Source: Candidatus Babeliales bacterium (lineage in GTDB: Bacteria > Babelota > Babeliae > Babelales > JANWKD01). Taken from it: a stretch of 64,000 nucleotides of DNA. Positions 20,638 through 30,692 of this stretch are shown piece after piece. Made by a program: the position numbers and the translations under genes. Position 1 is the first letter of the stretch; the number at the start of each line of letters is the position of its first letter. The notes beneath the pieces are model-generated. The model saw nothing but the letters and a program-made list of their open reading frames with translations. It was not told where the DNA came from and did not search any database. The stretch is taken from NCBI GenBank assembly GCA_963701665.1, contig OY969622.1, forward strand, positions 608,001 through 672,000, in the 5' to 3' direction.

Positions 20638-21354
20638 TTATTTTCTTTGTGCGGCAGCTTTTGCTCTATCTTTAGCTTCTTGCATTTTTTTCTGTGCTGT
20701 CTTTTCTGAAATTGTTGGAAGATTGTTTTTGTAAATCTCTAACTTACCAATAGCAAATGCTATAAAGTGTTTCATTTTCTCTTCAGATGGCATTAAAACA
20801 CCACCACCGTGAGCAGCAATACCATCAGCTGGTAATAATGGTTTCAAGTGAGTGTGTAAGCTTTGCATAATATTTCCAGCGTTAGCGATGAATACAAAAA
20901 GTTTACCAACTTTACTTGTGTCTAATCCGGCAAGACTATAAAGAAGTGCATTAGCAGTTTCACCATTATATAATCTTGTTAATAATTTAGTAAGTTGATC
21001 AACTTCTCTGTCATCTAATTGAGCTTTATCAATTTGAGCATCTAATTGATTCATTGTACCCATAAATGATTCTTTTAATGTTGATCCTGCGATTGCTTCA
21101 TTCTTGAGGTTGGTTAATGACGCAGATTTGATACCACTTACAATTTTCTCAATATCACCAGCATTTACAGGCGGATTATAAACACCTGTTTTTCCTGGGA
21201 TAAGGGTTTGATTCCAAATTTGTTTAACATCTTGTGTAAGTTGCTTAGCTTCAAGAAGTTTGTTTGAGTCAAGTGGCTGTAAATTGAGCATAGCAACTGA
21301 GTTCGATGCAAATAATGCTAATAAAGCGGTTAAAACTAATAATTGTTTTTTCAT
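20638..21354 (-). CDS. Secreted hypothetical protein, tandem paralog B
   Basis: Starts MKKQLLVLTALL after an AAAGGA RBS; 5' part nearly identical to paralog C. Confidence 0.85.
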   Translation of the reverse strand: MKKQLLVLTALLALFASNSVAMLNLQPLDSNKLLEAKQLTQDVKQIWNQTLIPGKTGVYNPPVNAGDIEKIVSGIKSASLTNLKNEAIAGSTLKESFMGTMNQLDAQIDKAQLDDREVDQLTKLLTRLYNGETANALLYSLAGLDTSKVGKLFVFIANAGNIMQSLHTHLKPLLPADGIAAHGGGVLMPSEEKMKHFIAFAIGKLEIYKNNLPTISEKTAQKKMQEAKDRAKAAAQRK

Positions 21355-21462
21355 AGTAAATCCTTTTTTAATATACAGAATAAATTTTTTAAATAAGCAT
21401 ATGTTCAATGCTAGAAAGAATGAGGAGCGAAGGATTACCTCGCTCCTCATTAAGAAATACTG

Positions 21463-22263
21463 TTATTGATGAATAGTTTCTCCTGCAGCAGCTTTTGCTT
21501 TGTCTTTAGCTGCTTGCATTTCTTTCATTTGATCGATCATTGACTTTTCTGAAGCGGGCAGTTCGCTTTGTGCCTTTTCATAAGCCTTAGGTAAGCCTTT
21601 GTAAATAATTAATTTACCAATTACATAGGCAATATACTGTTGCATTTTGTTTTCCAAGGGGAAGGCGCGGGATGTTGGGGTCATAACGCCACCACCGTGA
21701 GCAGCAATACCATCAGCTGGTAATAATGGTTCTAAGTGAGTATGTAAGGTTTGAATAACGTTTGCACTATTAGCAATGAATGCAAAAAGTCTACCAACGG
21801 GACCTTCTTTAAATCCGGGCAATGGCTTGCCTCCTGGCATTGGATTGTTCATGATTGTATTAGCGCTATCGCCAAAATATAATCTTGTTAATGCAGCAGT
21901 AAGTAGATCAACTTCTTTTGCATTTAAATTCGCTTTGTCAATTTGAGCATCTAATTGATCAATGGTAGACATATATAATTCTTTTAATGTTGATGACGCT
22001 ATTGCCTCGTTCTTCAGGTTGATTAATGACGCAGATTTGATACCACTTACAAATTTCTCAATATCACCAGCATTTACAGGCGGATTATAAACACCTGTTT
22101 TTCCTGGGATAAGGGTTTGATTCCAAATTTGTTTAACATCTTGTGTAAGTTGCTTAGCTTCAAGAAGTTTGTTTGAGTCAAGTGGCTGTAAATTGAGCAT
22201 AGCAACTGAGTTCGATGCAAATAATGCTAATAAAGCGGTTAAAACTAATAATTGTTTCTTCAT
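21463..22263 (-). CDS. Secreted hypothetical protein, tandem paralog C
   Basis: Same family motifs; N-terminal ~105 aa nearly identical to paralog B. Confidence 0.85.
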   Translation of the reverse strand: MKKQLLVLTALLALFASNSVAMLNLQPLDSNKLLEAKQLTQDVKQIWNQTLIPGKTGVYNPPVNAGDIEKFVSGIKSASLINLKNEAIASSTLKELYMSTIDQLDAQIDKANLNAKEVDLLTAALTRLYFGDSANTIMNNPMPGGKPLPGFKEGPVGRLFAFIANSANVIQTLHTHLEPLLPADGIAAHGGGVMTPTSRAFPLENKMQQYIAYVIGKLIIYKGLPKAYEKAQSELPASEKSMIDQMKEMQAAKDKAKAAAGETIHQ

Positions 22264-22511
22264 AGTAAATCCTTTCTAATACATAAAATTTTTAATGGGC
22301 TATGAAACCCACAAAATAACGTTAAAAACAGCGTTTTTTGTCTATTAAGGGCAGAGTAGGCATTTTTTGGATAACCAAAGCAATCCAGTATCCCTATAAA
22401 TCCTTCTTTAGAGGGCTTATAGTTATTATAAGGATAACTTAAAAAAGACCGTATTTTCAAGGGTTTTTAGGGATTTGCCCCCTATCATAAACAATACTAT
22501 GAAGGCAAGGT

Positions 22512-22910
22512 TTATTTCTGTTTTTGTTGGATAAATGGGGGTTTTTGAAGGGATTTCTTAGCGTTATTTTTATAGGACGCTAATGTATCAATTGCATGCT
22601 TTATAACATCTTTTTTAGGATTATCGTTAATGACACGAGGTTGTAAACTATAATTTCCTGCGGCAGCAATTAATGTAAAAAGTATGCCAACGTTACTTTC
22701 TCTGAACCCGAAGCTTTGCTTGTTAATAATAGATGAGTAGCTTGCACCGTTATATAACATTTTTAACACTTCGGTAAGCTTATCAATTTCATTTGAATTT
22801 AACATAGCGTGGCTAATTGCATTATCCATTTGCTCAGTAGCTTGAGCAACCACTGAATTAGCTGCAAATAATGTTAATAAAACAAGTAAGCCCAAGAGTA
22901 GTCTTTTCAT
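22512..22910 (-). CDS. Secreted hypothetical protein, shortened paralog D
   Basis: EIDKLTEVLKMLYNG, GFRESNVGILFTLIAAAG match the family core. Confidence 0.75.
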   Translation of the reverse strand: MKRLLLGLLVLLTLFAANSVVAQATEQMDNAISHAMLNSNEIDKLTEVLKMLYNGASYSSIINKQSFGFRESNVGILFTLIAAAGNYSLQPRVINDNPKKDVIKHAIDTLASYKNNAKKSLQKPPFIQQKQK

Positions 22911-23150
22911 GGTGAATCCTTTTTCTAAATAATTATTTATTCAAATTGAATTTTAGGGTTTTTGTTTTTATTATAAGGATAGCTGAAAAAGAGCCCTATT
23001 TTCAAGGGTTTTAGGGATTTATACCTACCATAAAACCCAGCCTATAAGGGCAATGGATAGAGAGGGGTGATTTTATGGGCCTCCAGGCTTATTTTAAAAA
23101 GAAAAAGGGCCGCCCTTAAGGCGACCCCTTATTAGATTGTTATGGTAGGC

Positions 23151-23636
23151 TTATTCATCTTGAAACACAGAATTGTGTAACTCTTGATTGGTGTTGTTAC
23201 AATCTTTTGTGCAAACCGAGAAAAATGGTGACATATGATGCGGTGTTCCAGTGTTGCGAAGGAAACTATGTGCCGCGCTATTTATACCAAGAGCGCCTAA
23301 TGCTGTTGAAATATAGGGTAGAATACCTAATCCTTTATGATTTTGGGTTAATCGTTTAAACATAGAAAAACCGCAAATATTAACAAAGGCTGAAGAAAGG
23401 AAAGGGTGAGAATAACAGAATTGTGCAAATGCAGTTTTGCCAGGGTGTTTATCCGCATATGACTGCTGAAAAGATATATTTCTTATTGTACGATTCAATA
23501 CCTTACCTGCAGAGGTGGTCGCTTGATAGCAACTGTCCTTTAATTCTTGCCAAGATTCAGGTAATTTACCCTGTAAAGCAGAGAAGCTCATGGTGAAAAA
23601 TAAACTGCTTATAATTATTTTTTTTGCTATAGCCAT
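23151..23636 (-). CDS. Hypothetical membrane/exported protein
   Basis: GGAGG RBS; weak similarity to 59672-60213. Confidence 0.65.
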   Translation of the reverse strand: MAIAKKIIISSLFFTMSFSALQGKLPESWQELKDSCYQATTSAGKVLNRTIRNISFQQSYADKHPGKTAFAQFCYSHPFLSSAFVNICGFSMFKRLTQNHKGLGILPYISTALGALGINSAAHSFLRNTGTPHHMSPFFSVCTKDCNNTNQELHNSVFQDE

Positions 23637-24002
23637 ACATCCTCCATTGATTATTGCTATTTTAAAATAAGTGATTCAAGAATAAGGTATCATTTTTGAC
23701 TAATAGTGTCAAATTGGCATAAATAATAAGATTATATAAAAGTATATATATTTCTATAAGAATTTTTCAGGGATAGACATGACACCTGTTAGACTCTGGC
23801 TTTTTTGAATATATATCTGGTATAATTATTACAAATAGAATGATTTTTAAGTTTCTTATATCTTAAAGGATTGTTATGAAAACTATAAAAACAATTGCTT
23901 TTACCATGCTACTTTCTGCTATAAGCAGTAATGTATATTGTGCTGCTTATACTGTTACTAATAATGCAAATGAGCCTATAAAAATGTATTTTTTCATATT
24001 AA

Positions 24003-24966
24003 GAGCCTATCTGAAAACTCTAAGTACTTGAAAAAATAAATAAAAAAAATAAAATCCCTCTTGAAGTTATCACACAAACAAAAAGGGATTTTTTCATATG
24101 AAGCATTTAAATTACAAAGAAATGATACCATCAAAATATGTCATAATTTAAATTACAAAGAAATGATACCATCAAAATATGTCATATCTGACGAACTTTT
24201 ACAAGAATTTCATAACGTTATATCAACAAATATTCCACCAAGTAAAATAGGCCGGCCACGTTCTGATGATGGCCCATTAATTGCTGGGATATATTATTTG
24301 CTTAGAACAGGATGCCAATGGGATGCGCTTCCCAAGTGCTTTGGCCCCGCAAAGACTGTTTATCATAGATTTAGAGAATTGGTCAAAGCTAATGCTTTTC
24401 AAAAAATTTGGAAATCGGTTTTAACGCACTATGATCGAACCAAAGGACTTTGTCTTGAAAATCAATCTATGGATTCATGTCATAAAAAGGCTCCGCTTGG
24501 AGGAGATAAAACAGGGATCAGCCCGGTTGATAGAAGAAAATTAGGTTCAAAATTAAATCTTGTTGTAGAAGAATATGGACTACCTCTTGGTGCTACACTT
24601 GCAAGTGGAAATCGACATGACACGCAATTATTTGTTTCCCTTGTCGATAATTTACAGCATCAAATTCCACAATCAAGAAATCATTATCTTCGAACCGATA
24701 AGGGCTTTGTTTCTAAAAAAAATAAGGCAGAAGCTATTAAAAGAAACTTCACGCCTATCATGCCATTAAAAAAACCAAAAAATAAACCTCGAGTTACGCA
24801 AAAAAAAGATCCAATACGATGGGTCGTTGAAAGAACATTTTCTTGGATGAATCGATTCAGGCGTGTTTTTATTCGTTATGACAAGCTATCTAAAAATTTT
24901 CTTGGATTAGTTCAATTCGCTTGTCTAGTCATTGTTTTCAGAAAAATTTAGTTTTCAGACAGGCTC
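24003..24966 (+). mobile_element. IS5-family insertion sequence
   Basis: TIRs GAGCCTATCTGAAAACT (24003-24019) and AGTTTTCAGACAGGCTC (24950-24966), 16/17 match; TAA duplicated on both sides. Confidence 0.93.
24061..24951 (+). CDS. IS5-family DDE transposase, 5' end disturbed by a 41-bp duplication
   Basis: GRPR, LRTGCQWDALP, MDS, TDKGF, RWVVERTFSWMNRFRR motifs. Confidence 0.9.
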   Translation: MKLSHKQKGIFSYEAFKLQRNDTIKICHNLNYKEMIPSKYVISDELLQEFHNVISTNIPPSKIGRPRSDDGPLIAGIYYLLRTGCQWDALPKCFGPAKTVYHRFRELVKANAFQKIWKSVLTHYDRTKGLCLENQSMDSCHKKAPLGGDKTGISPVDRRKLGSKLNLVVEEYGLPLGATLASGNRHDTQLFVSLVDNLQHQIPQSRNHYLRTDKGFVSKKNKAEAIKRNFTPIMPLKKPKNKPRVTQKKDPIRWVVERTFSWMNRFRRVFIRYDKLSKNFLGLVQFACLVIVFRKI

Positions 24967-25264
24967 TAAGTGTAAATTCGTTAGGATTTGTTACTGGAAC
25001 AAGTACTGTGAGTGCTGAAGTTCAACCTGGAGAAACTACTAACAAAGGTTTAAATGTAGGCGGAGGGAAATATGTCGACTTTGTTTATCTTGCAAAGCCA
25101 AATGGACAAAATCTTGAACAGATAGCTTATAAACCTGGGATGTATATTGGTGATAATAAATTCTGGCCACGCTTTAAGCCTAGCAATGGTGATTATACAT
25201 TTGTTCTTACTAAGAATGATGGCAAATGGAGCATCGAAACCCGTCGTTCTAAATAAGGATTGTT

Positions 25265-25681
25265 ATGAAAACTATAAAAATAATTGCTTTTACCGTACTA
25301 TTTTCTGCTATAAGCGGTAATGTATATTGTGCTTTATATACTGTGACTAATAATGGAACAGAAGCTGTGACAGTAAATCTTGATATAGTAAGTAAAGCTG
25401 GGTTTGGAACTATTCGACATGAAAAACCCTTAACTGTGGGACTTAATCCGGGAGATTCTACCAAGTTAAATGCATATGGAGGGAAATATTGCTACTCGAT
25501 TTCCCTTACAAAATCTGGTGAAAAAAATCTTTTGCCCTTAAATGTTAAGAGTATTGGATCAGGTGGGACTCTTAAAGATAATATATTATTTCCAAAATTT
25601 AGCCCTACTAATGCTGATTTTACAATTATTCTTACCAATAAGAAGAGCTCGTGGACTATTGAAACCCATCGTTCTAAATAG
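25265..25681 (+). CDS. Secreted hypothetical protein, intact paralog of the IS-split gene
   Basis: Same AAGGATTGTTATGAAAACTATAAAA start and similar W.IET.RSK end. Confidence 0.8.
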   Translation: MKTIKIIAFTVLFSAISGNVYCALYTVTNNGTEAVTVNLDIVSKAGFGTIRHEKPLTVGLNPGDSTKLNAYGGKYCYSISLTKSGEKNLLPLNVKSIGSGGTLKDNILFPKFSPTNADFTIILTNKKSSWTIETHRSK

Positions 25682-25683
25682 AT

Positions 25684-27276
25684 TTACGATGGCGTTAGAA
25701 AATTATAAGTGCCATACATACGGTGAATAACGGCCCTTTTCTGTTCAATAGTTAAAGCAGCCTTCAAGAGATCATCAAGATCTTCCATGAATGAACATTG
25801 ATCATGTTTTGGTAGATTGGTGACTTGCTTTTTCAATTCACTGATCCAAAATACTACAAAGCCAAGATCCATTGGCAATATCTCATCTGCATTAGTATAT
25901 TTATTCAACGTGCGATGAATTAGCCGTGTGCAGTTTTTTAACGGTAGAATATTTCTCTTGTTGATATAATGAAGTGTTTCCTTACTAGCATTGTATACTA
26001 ATTTGCCAATAATGAACGTCGGAACGAGGGCAAATAATTCTATAATAAGCTGGTTTGAGCGCAGATTTTTTACCATAAGATTATATGTCTTAATACCGTT
26101 GTTTACCAGCTCTGTTACCTGTGTTTTAGCATGCAAGACTTCAATTTCTAGTGTTTGTGGTAATTCTCCGTACAGCGTATTCTTAATAGGATTCTTCATA
26201 TATTCATTTCTGTCATGTATAACCTGTGGAATATGCCCGTTATTTGCGTCTTCGATTTCTTTTTCTATATCGTATTCACTGACGGTTCCAGAAATATGGT
26301 TTCTTGTAAAAAGATAGTCACGCATTTTCCTGAGATAATACCATGTACCTCCCCAAATGCCCTTTGCTTCTTCGTTTTGATTGAGGTGTTTTCTATATGC
26401 TCTTATGCGGTCATTTCTTGCTTCACGCTCAATTTCTACCGTTTGGTCATCAACGGGGCTGCTCTCCATATATTGCGAATTATCAGTGAGTATGTCTACA
26501 GAATTAGCAATAGGATCGTGAACATGGCTGTGCCAATAATTATCTAAAGCGGTCGTTGCTTTTGCATACCATTCTTTAATATTTTTTTGGTTGCGAAAAG
26601 CATAGACAGCCAAGGCCACCGTGCTAGCGGTTAGCGCGGAATAGGCAAGCCAATTTCGTCTGAAATGATTTGGTTTTTTGTATCCTTGGTAGGCGTCGCA
26701 CATACGATAATAAAATGTGTTCAGATTTTTTTGATTGCTGACAAGCAACTGAGACCATTGTTGTTGTGACGTTTCTTGGTACGGTAAAACAATATCATAT
26801 GGTTGCGCGTGTTCTGGCGAAACGCAGCTGTGAACGAGTGAGAGTAGTTCACGCATATATTTTTCAATATCATACGCGCTTTCTGCATGATAATTTTTTA
26901 TTAAATAATAATGGATTCGCCCGAGATAATAGGCATTTTTTTCAAGTGCCTTTTTTAAAAAAACTATTTTTTCATAAAGTTCCTGCTCTTGGGCCTTATC
27001 GGTGAACCATGCGGCCGGGCCCTTAGAAATAAAATAGCTAAAGGTGGTTAACTGCTGAAGATTCCAATAATCCATGTCTTCTGAGAGTTCATGAAGCAGT
27101 CTCTGGAGAATTTCTTTAAGTTCTTCTGCTTGATTGCAGCACTGATGAACAAATTCAAAATTGACCTGGTTAGCCAGAGTTATAGTGAGTAGGGGGGCTG
27201 GGGCTTCAAGGGTGTAGGTCATAGAGGGGGATAATAGGAGGACGGCAATGAGTGATTGTTTCAATAAAGTAATCAT
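25684..27276 (-). CDS. NCA2/DGS1-like membrane protein
   Basis: KP..F.RNW + TM helix, HV.DP, LRSNQL...L.A.VP + TM helix, F.EDL.DL, K...I.RMY..Y.FL layout recalls the eukaryotic NCA2 family. Confidence 0.6.
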   Translation of the reverse strand: MITLLKQSLIAVLLLSPSMTYTLEAPAPLLTITLANQVNFEFVHQCCNQAEELKEILQRLLHELSEDMDYWNLQQLTTFSYFISKGPAAWFTDKAQEQELYEKIVFLKKALEKNAYYLGRIHYYLIKNYHAESAYDIEKYMRELLSLVHSCVSPEHAQPYDIVLPYQETSQQQWSQLLVSNQKNLNTFYYRMCDAYQGYKKPNHFRRNWLAYSALTASTVALAVYAFRNQKNIKEWYAKATTALDNYWHSHVHDPIANSVDILTDNSQYMESSPVDDQTVEIEREARNDRIRAYRKHLNQNEEAKGIWGGTWYYLRKMRDYLFTRNHISGTVSEYDIEKEIEDANNGHIPQVIHDRNEYMKNPIKNTLYGELPQTLEIEVLHAKTQVTELVNNGIKTYNLMVKNLRSNQLIIELFALVPTFIIGKLVYNASKETLHYINKRNILPLKNCTRLIHRTLNKYTNADEILPMDLGFVVFWISELKKQVTNLPKHDQCSFMEDLDDLLKAALTIEQKRAVIHRMYGTYNFLTPS

Positions 27277-27453
27277 AAAAACCCTTTTTACTTATTCCAA
27301 TAGGGTAAAATAGAAGCTCTAAATCCTACTATATCATAAAATGACCATTATTTCTAAAGGGTATTGCTCTGGTATTCTAGACAGAACGCGCTAATATGAT
27401 AAACTTACTATAAAATTGATCATATATTTAAAGTAATTCCAAAAGGAAATTTG

Positions 27454-27816
27454 ATGGCAACAGATAAAGCTGATAAGAAAAAATCAGAAAAAACAGCATC
27501 GTTGTTTCCTCGTTATGCTATTTTTCAAACGGGCGGTAAACAGTATCAAGCAATTGAAGGAAAAACAATTGCGATAGAAAAAATTGAAGGCGATGCAGGT
27601 TCAACTATAGAATTTAGCGACGTACTTTTAAGAAAAACAGGCGATAGCGACATTCAAGTAGGGCAACCATTCCTCAAAGCCCCTATCAAAGCTTCCATCG
27701 TAAAACAGATGCGCGGGCCAAAAGTCGTGATTTTCAAGTTTAAACGCCGTAAAAAGTCACGCGTTAAAAAGGGTCATCGCCAGTCAATTACCGTGATCCG
27801 CATCGAAGCTATCTAA
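27454..27816 (+). CDS. rplU: 50S ribosomal protein L21
   Basis: YAIFQTGGKQY ... FKRRKKSRVKKGHRQ. Confidence 0.97.
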   Translation: MATDKADKKKSEKTASLFPRYAIFQTGGKQYQAIEGKTIAIEKIEGDAGSTIEFSDVLLRKTGDSDIQVGQPFLKAPIKASIVKQMRGPKVVIFKFKRRKKSRVKKGHRQSITVIRIEAI

Positions 27817-27846
27817 CGCTGGGTACAAAGTAACATAAACAAGAAT

Positions 27847-28000
27847 GTCATTGCGATCCTACTTCGCTCTACGAGCTACGAAGGAGCTGGCAACCTGTTC
27901 TACGAAGTTTTAACGAAGTAGAACCCAGCTTATAAAATGAGTTCATTAAAGGATTTATTAAAGTTCTGGATCCCCACGTCGCTGCGCTCCTCGGGAAGAC
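27847..28000 (+). repeat. REP-like doublet with two nested inserts
   Basis: Unit A (interrupted) + conserved AT spacer + unit B GGATCCCCACG...CTCGGGAAGAC. Confidence 0.8.
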
Positions 28001-28020
28001 ATTTTCTTGTAGGTAAAATT

Positions 28021-28046
28021 AAAGCCTCCTAATAGGAGGCTTTTTT
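28021..28046. terminator. Bidirectional intrinsic terminator
   Basis: AAAGCCTCCT-aat-AGGAGGCTTTTTT between convergent genes. Confidence 0.75.
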
Positions 28047-28695
28047 ATTTTGATGGTAACTTAGCGAGTGCTATAAGTTTTTCTATTGGGCCAGCAAACA
28101 CGAGTTGCTCATCCTCATTGATCAAATAATCGACATCGATAGGGACGATACGATCGTTTTTTCTGACAGCTATACAATGAACCGAATATTTATCAAAAAG
28201 TCGTAATTCGCCCACTGTTTTGCCGACAAATTTAGAAGGGGTTGTTATTTGGCTAAAGCCGAAATCGGGTGTGATACGCGTGATGTGCGCGTGTGGATAA
28301 CTGAGGGTATCGGCGAGTTTACGGCCAATTTCTTGCTCGGGTAAGACGACTTGGTCTGCGCCGATAAGTTTTAAAATATCTTTATGAATTTCGCTGACAG
28401 CGCGCGTTATGACATGGCGCACTGAAAGCCTTTTTTTAAGTAACGCGGTTACCAAGATTGATTCTGCAAAATTTTCGCCCATGGCGACAATAACGGTGTC
28501 CATGTCTTCAACGCCAATTGAGCGCAAGGAATCTTCATCATGTACTTTGAGGCATACAGCTTGTGTGATGTGATCACGAATGGAAGCAACAATCGATTCA
28601 TTACTATCAATACCAAGAACTTCCATACCATTTTCAGCTAATGTCGTAGCGACACGAAAACCAAATCTACCAAGCCCAATAACACAAAATTTCAT
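28045..28695 (-). CDS. ktrA: Trk/Ktr potassium uptake RCK subunit
   Basis: VIGLGRFG Rossmann motif, GADQVVLPE, TrkA_C domain. Confidence 0.88.
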   Translation of the reverse strand: MKFCVIGLGRFGFRVATTLAENGMEVLGIDSNESIVASIRDHITQAVCLKVHDEDSLRSIGVEDMDTVIVAMGENFAESILVTALLKKRLSVRHVITRAVSEIHKDILKLIGADQVVLPEQEIGRKLADTLSYPHAHITRITPDFGFSQITTPSKFVGKTVGELRLFDKYSVHCIAVRKNDRIVPIDVDYLINEDEQLVFAGPIEKLIALAKLPSK

Positions 28696-28720
28696 ACGAT
28701 GAAGACCTTCTTTTATATAT

Positions 28721-30055
28721 TTAACCTAATATAATTCTTTCTTCTGGATAAGAATATTCTGGGTTTTCGTGCTTTCTTAGAAACACAAGAACAATTCCTA
28801 AGGCGCCTATGCGTCCAATAATCATGCTCATTATGATAAAAAATTTTCCGATAGGGGAAAGATAAGGAGTAATGCCTGTTGAAAGCCCGAGTGTGGCAAA
28901 TGCCGATACTGATTCAAAAAGGATATCCAAAAATGAAGCTCCTTCTTCTGTTATGAGCAAGCAAAATGTGGTGAATAGAATCCACATGCAGCCAAGAAGA
29001 ATAATGGCAATTGATTTAAATATTTGATCAAGTGCTATACTTCGGCCCATAATTCTTACCAACGTGTGTCCTTTAATGGCAGATTTAATGGTATTTATCA
29101 AAATAGTGAATGTTGTTACTTTGATACCGCTACCCGTTGATCCTGGTGAAGAGCCGATAAAAGCCATAACCATGATGAGCAATAGTGTCGCTAGTTGCAG
29201 TTGATCGACGGGAATAGTTGTAAATCCTGTTCCACGCAATGCAATGCCATTAAAAAGTGCATTAACAAATCCTTGCGGCAATGCAAATGAAAGCAGCGTA
29301 TTATGGCGTTCAAGAATCCAATATATCAAGGTTGAAGATGTAATTAAAATGAAGGTCATTAACAGTACGATTTTACTGTGTAATGAAAGATGATAACGTT
29401 TGTTTTGTTTCCATGCGCGTATATATTTTACAATATCAAACCATGTTATGAAACCCAAACTTGAAATCGTCATGATACCAGATGCGGTGAGCAATAAACC
29501 CATATTATATTTGTGGCTTATAAAGCCAAAAGGAAAGAGTGAAAGGCCTGCATCACAAAATGAAGAGACGGCATGAAACAATGATAAAAATAAAGCTTTT
29601 GAAGTAGGATAGTCTTTGTAAAGACTTGCAAACATTAAGAGCGTACCTATAGTTTCTATGAATATTGTGCCAATGATAATGAACACAAGCATACTTTTTA
29701 TATTTTTTGCATGTTCGACATCAAGAAGTTGTCCTGCCATAAGCTGTGTTTTAAAACCGAATTGAACGAAGCATGACATTAAAAATAATGTTAACGTTAT
29801 GAGGCCAAGGCCACCAATTTGCACAAGAATGAGCACCATACAATGACCAAAGGTAGTGAAATTACCCAAATGTACGGTCAATAAACCACACGTGCATAGA
29901 GCTGAGGTCGCGGTAAAAATGGTATCGAGCAGAGGAATCGGCACGCGCTGACTCCATGGTAATGCAAGTAAAAATGAGCCTACGACAATTGCCGTCACGA
30001 TAGAAATGAGAATAACGCGCGCGGGAGAAAAATGTGCCATACTCCGAGGAGACAT
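28721..30055 (-). CDS. ktrB: Trk/Ktr potassium uptake membrane subunit
   Basis: FTATSA, QIGGLG, FIGSSPGSTGSGIKVTT, SAFATLGLSTG. Confidence 0.9.
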   Translation of the reverse strand: MSPRSMAHFSPARVILISIVTAIVVGSFLLALPWSQRVPIPLLDTIFTATSALCTCGLLTVHLGNFTTFGHCMVLILVQIGGLGLITLTLFLMSCFVQFGFKTQLMAGQLLDVEHAKNIKSMLVFIIIGTIFIETIGTLLMFASLYKDYPTSKALFLSLFHAVSSFCDAGLSLFPFGFISHKYNMGLLLTASGIMTISSLGFITWFDIVKYIRAWKQNKRYHLSLHSKIVLLMTFILITSSTLIYWILERHNTLLSFALPQGFVNALFNGIALRGTGFTTIPVDQLQLATLLLIMVMAFIGSSPGSTGSGIKVTTFTILINTIKSAIKGHTLVRIMGRSIALDQIFKSIAIILLGCMWILFTTFCLLITEEGASFLDILFESVSAFATLGLSTGITPYLSPIGKFFIIMSMIIGRIGALGIVLVFLRKHENPEYSYPEERIILG

Positions 30056-30082
30056 GCGTACAATTCCTTATTTATTATACGT

Positions 30083-30667
30083 TTATCGTAACCATAAAAG
30101 GGTAACGATTACTAACGCTGTAAATAAGAGTACAAGAAGATTAAAGTATCGGTCAATACATTCTTTGATCTGCCGTCCCCAAATCATAATGATGCCAGCA
30201 ACAAGAAAAAAGCGTGCGCCGCGAGAAATCAATGAATAGAGCACAAAAGGAACAAAGGGCAGTTTGCAAAACCCTGCCGTAAGAGTAACCACTTTATAAG
30301 GCAGCGGCGTGAACCCAGCAATCAGTACAGCCCATGATTCATACTTTGTGTAATTTTCAAGCGCGTGTTCAAATTGTTGCGGTGTAAAAAGAAGATGCAC
30401 AAGCCATGAACCAATTGATTCCCAAATAGCAAATCCAATGTAATAGGCTGCAATACCGCCTGCTACTGAGGCAGCAGTTGCCAACGTGGCATAGTACAGT
30501 GACTTGGTACGATCTTCAATGCAATAGAGGATCAAAAGTGGATCAACGGGAATAAAAAAGATTGCCTCAATAAAAAATAAAAAAACTAATAACGGTGTGG
30601 CGTATGGCGTGTGTACTTGTTTGCCAAACCAATCATAGAGCCGTTTTAATGATAATGTTGCAATCAT
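30083..30667 (-). CDS. YqaA/DedA (VTT-domain) membrane protein
   Basis: EAIFFIPVDPLL, AGFTPLPYKVVTLTAG, SRGARFF. Confidence 0.88.
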   Translation of the reverse strand: MIATLSLKRLYDWFGKQVHTPYATPLLVFLFFIEAIFFIPVDPLLILYCIEDRTKSLYYATLATAASVAGGIAAYYIGFAIWESIGSWLVHLLFTPQQFEHALENYTKYESWAVLIAGFTPLPYKVVTLTAGFCKLPFVPFVLYSLISRGARFFLVAGIIMIWGRQIKECIDRYFNLLVLLFTALVIVTLLWLR

Positions 30668-30692
30668 ACTATTCCTTTCATGACTTTTTTTA

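Larger units (their letters stand above)
23876..25256 (+). pseudogene. Secreted-protein gene split by the IS (23876-24002 joined to 24970-25256)
   Basis: Removing the IS and one TAA restores MKTIKTIAF...YFFILSVNSLGF...WSIETRRSK, a paralog of 25265-25681. Confidence 0.9.

Noticed and set aside
19672..23035. Repeated hairpins as a CRISPR array or integron attC sites
   Set aside because: Spacing is gene-length, the enclosed genes are paralogs of each other, and no cas gene, integron integrase or RYYYAAC/GTTRRRY ends are seen; duplicated terminators explain them
24921..25256. Independent 111-aa gene
   Set aside because: It is the 3' half of the IS-split gene read from inside the IS end
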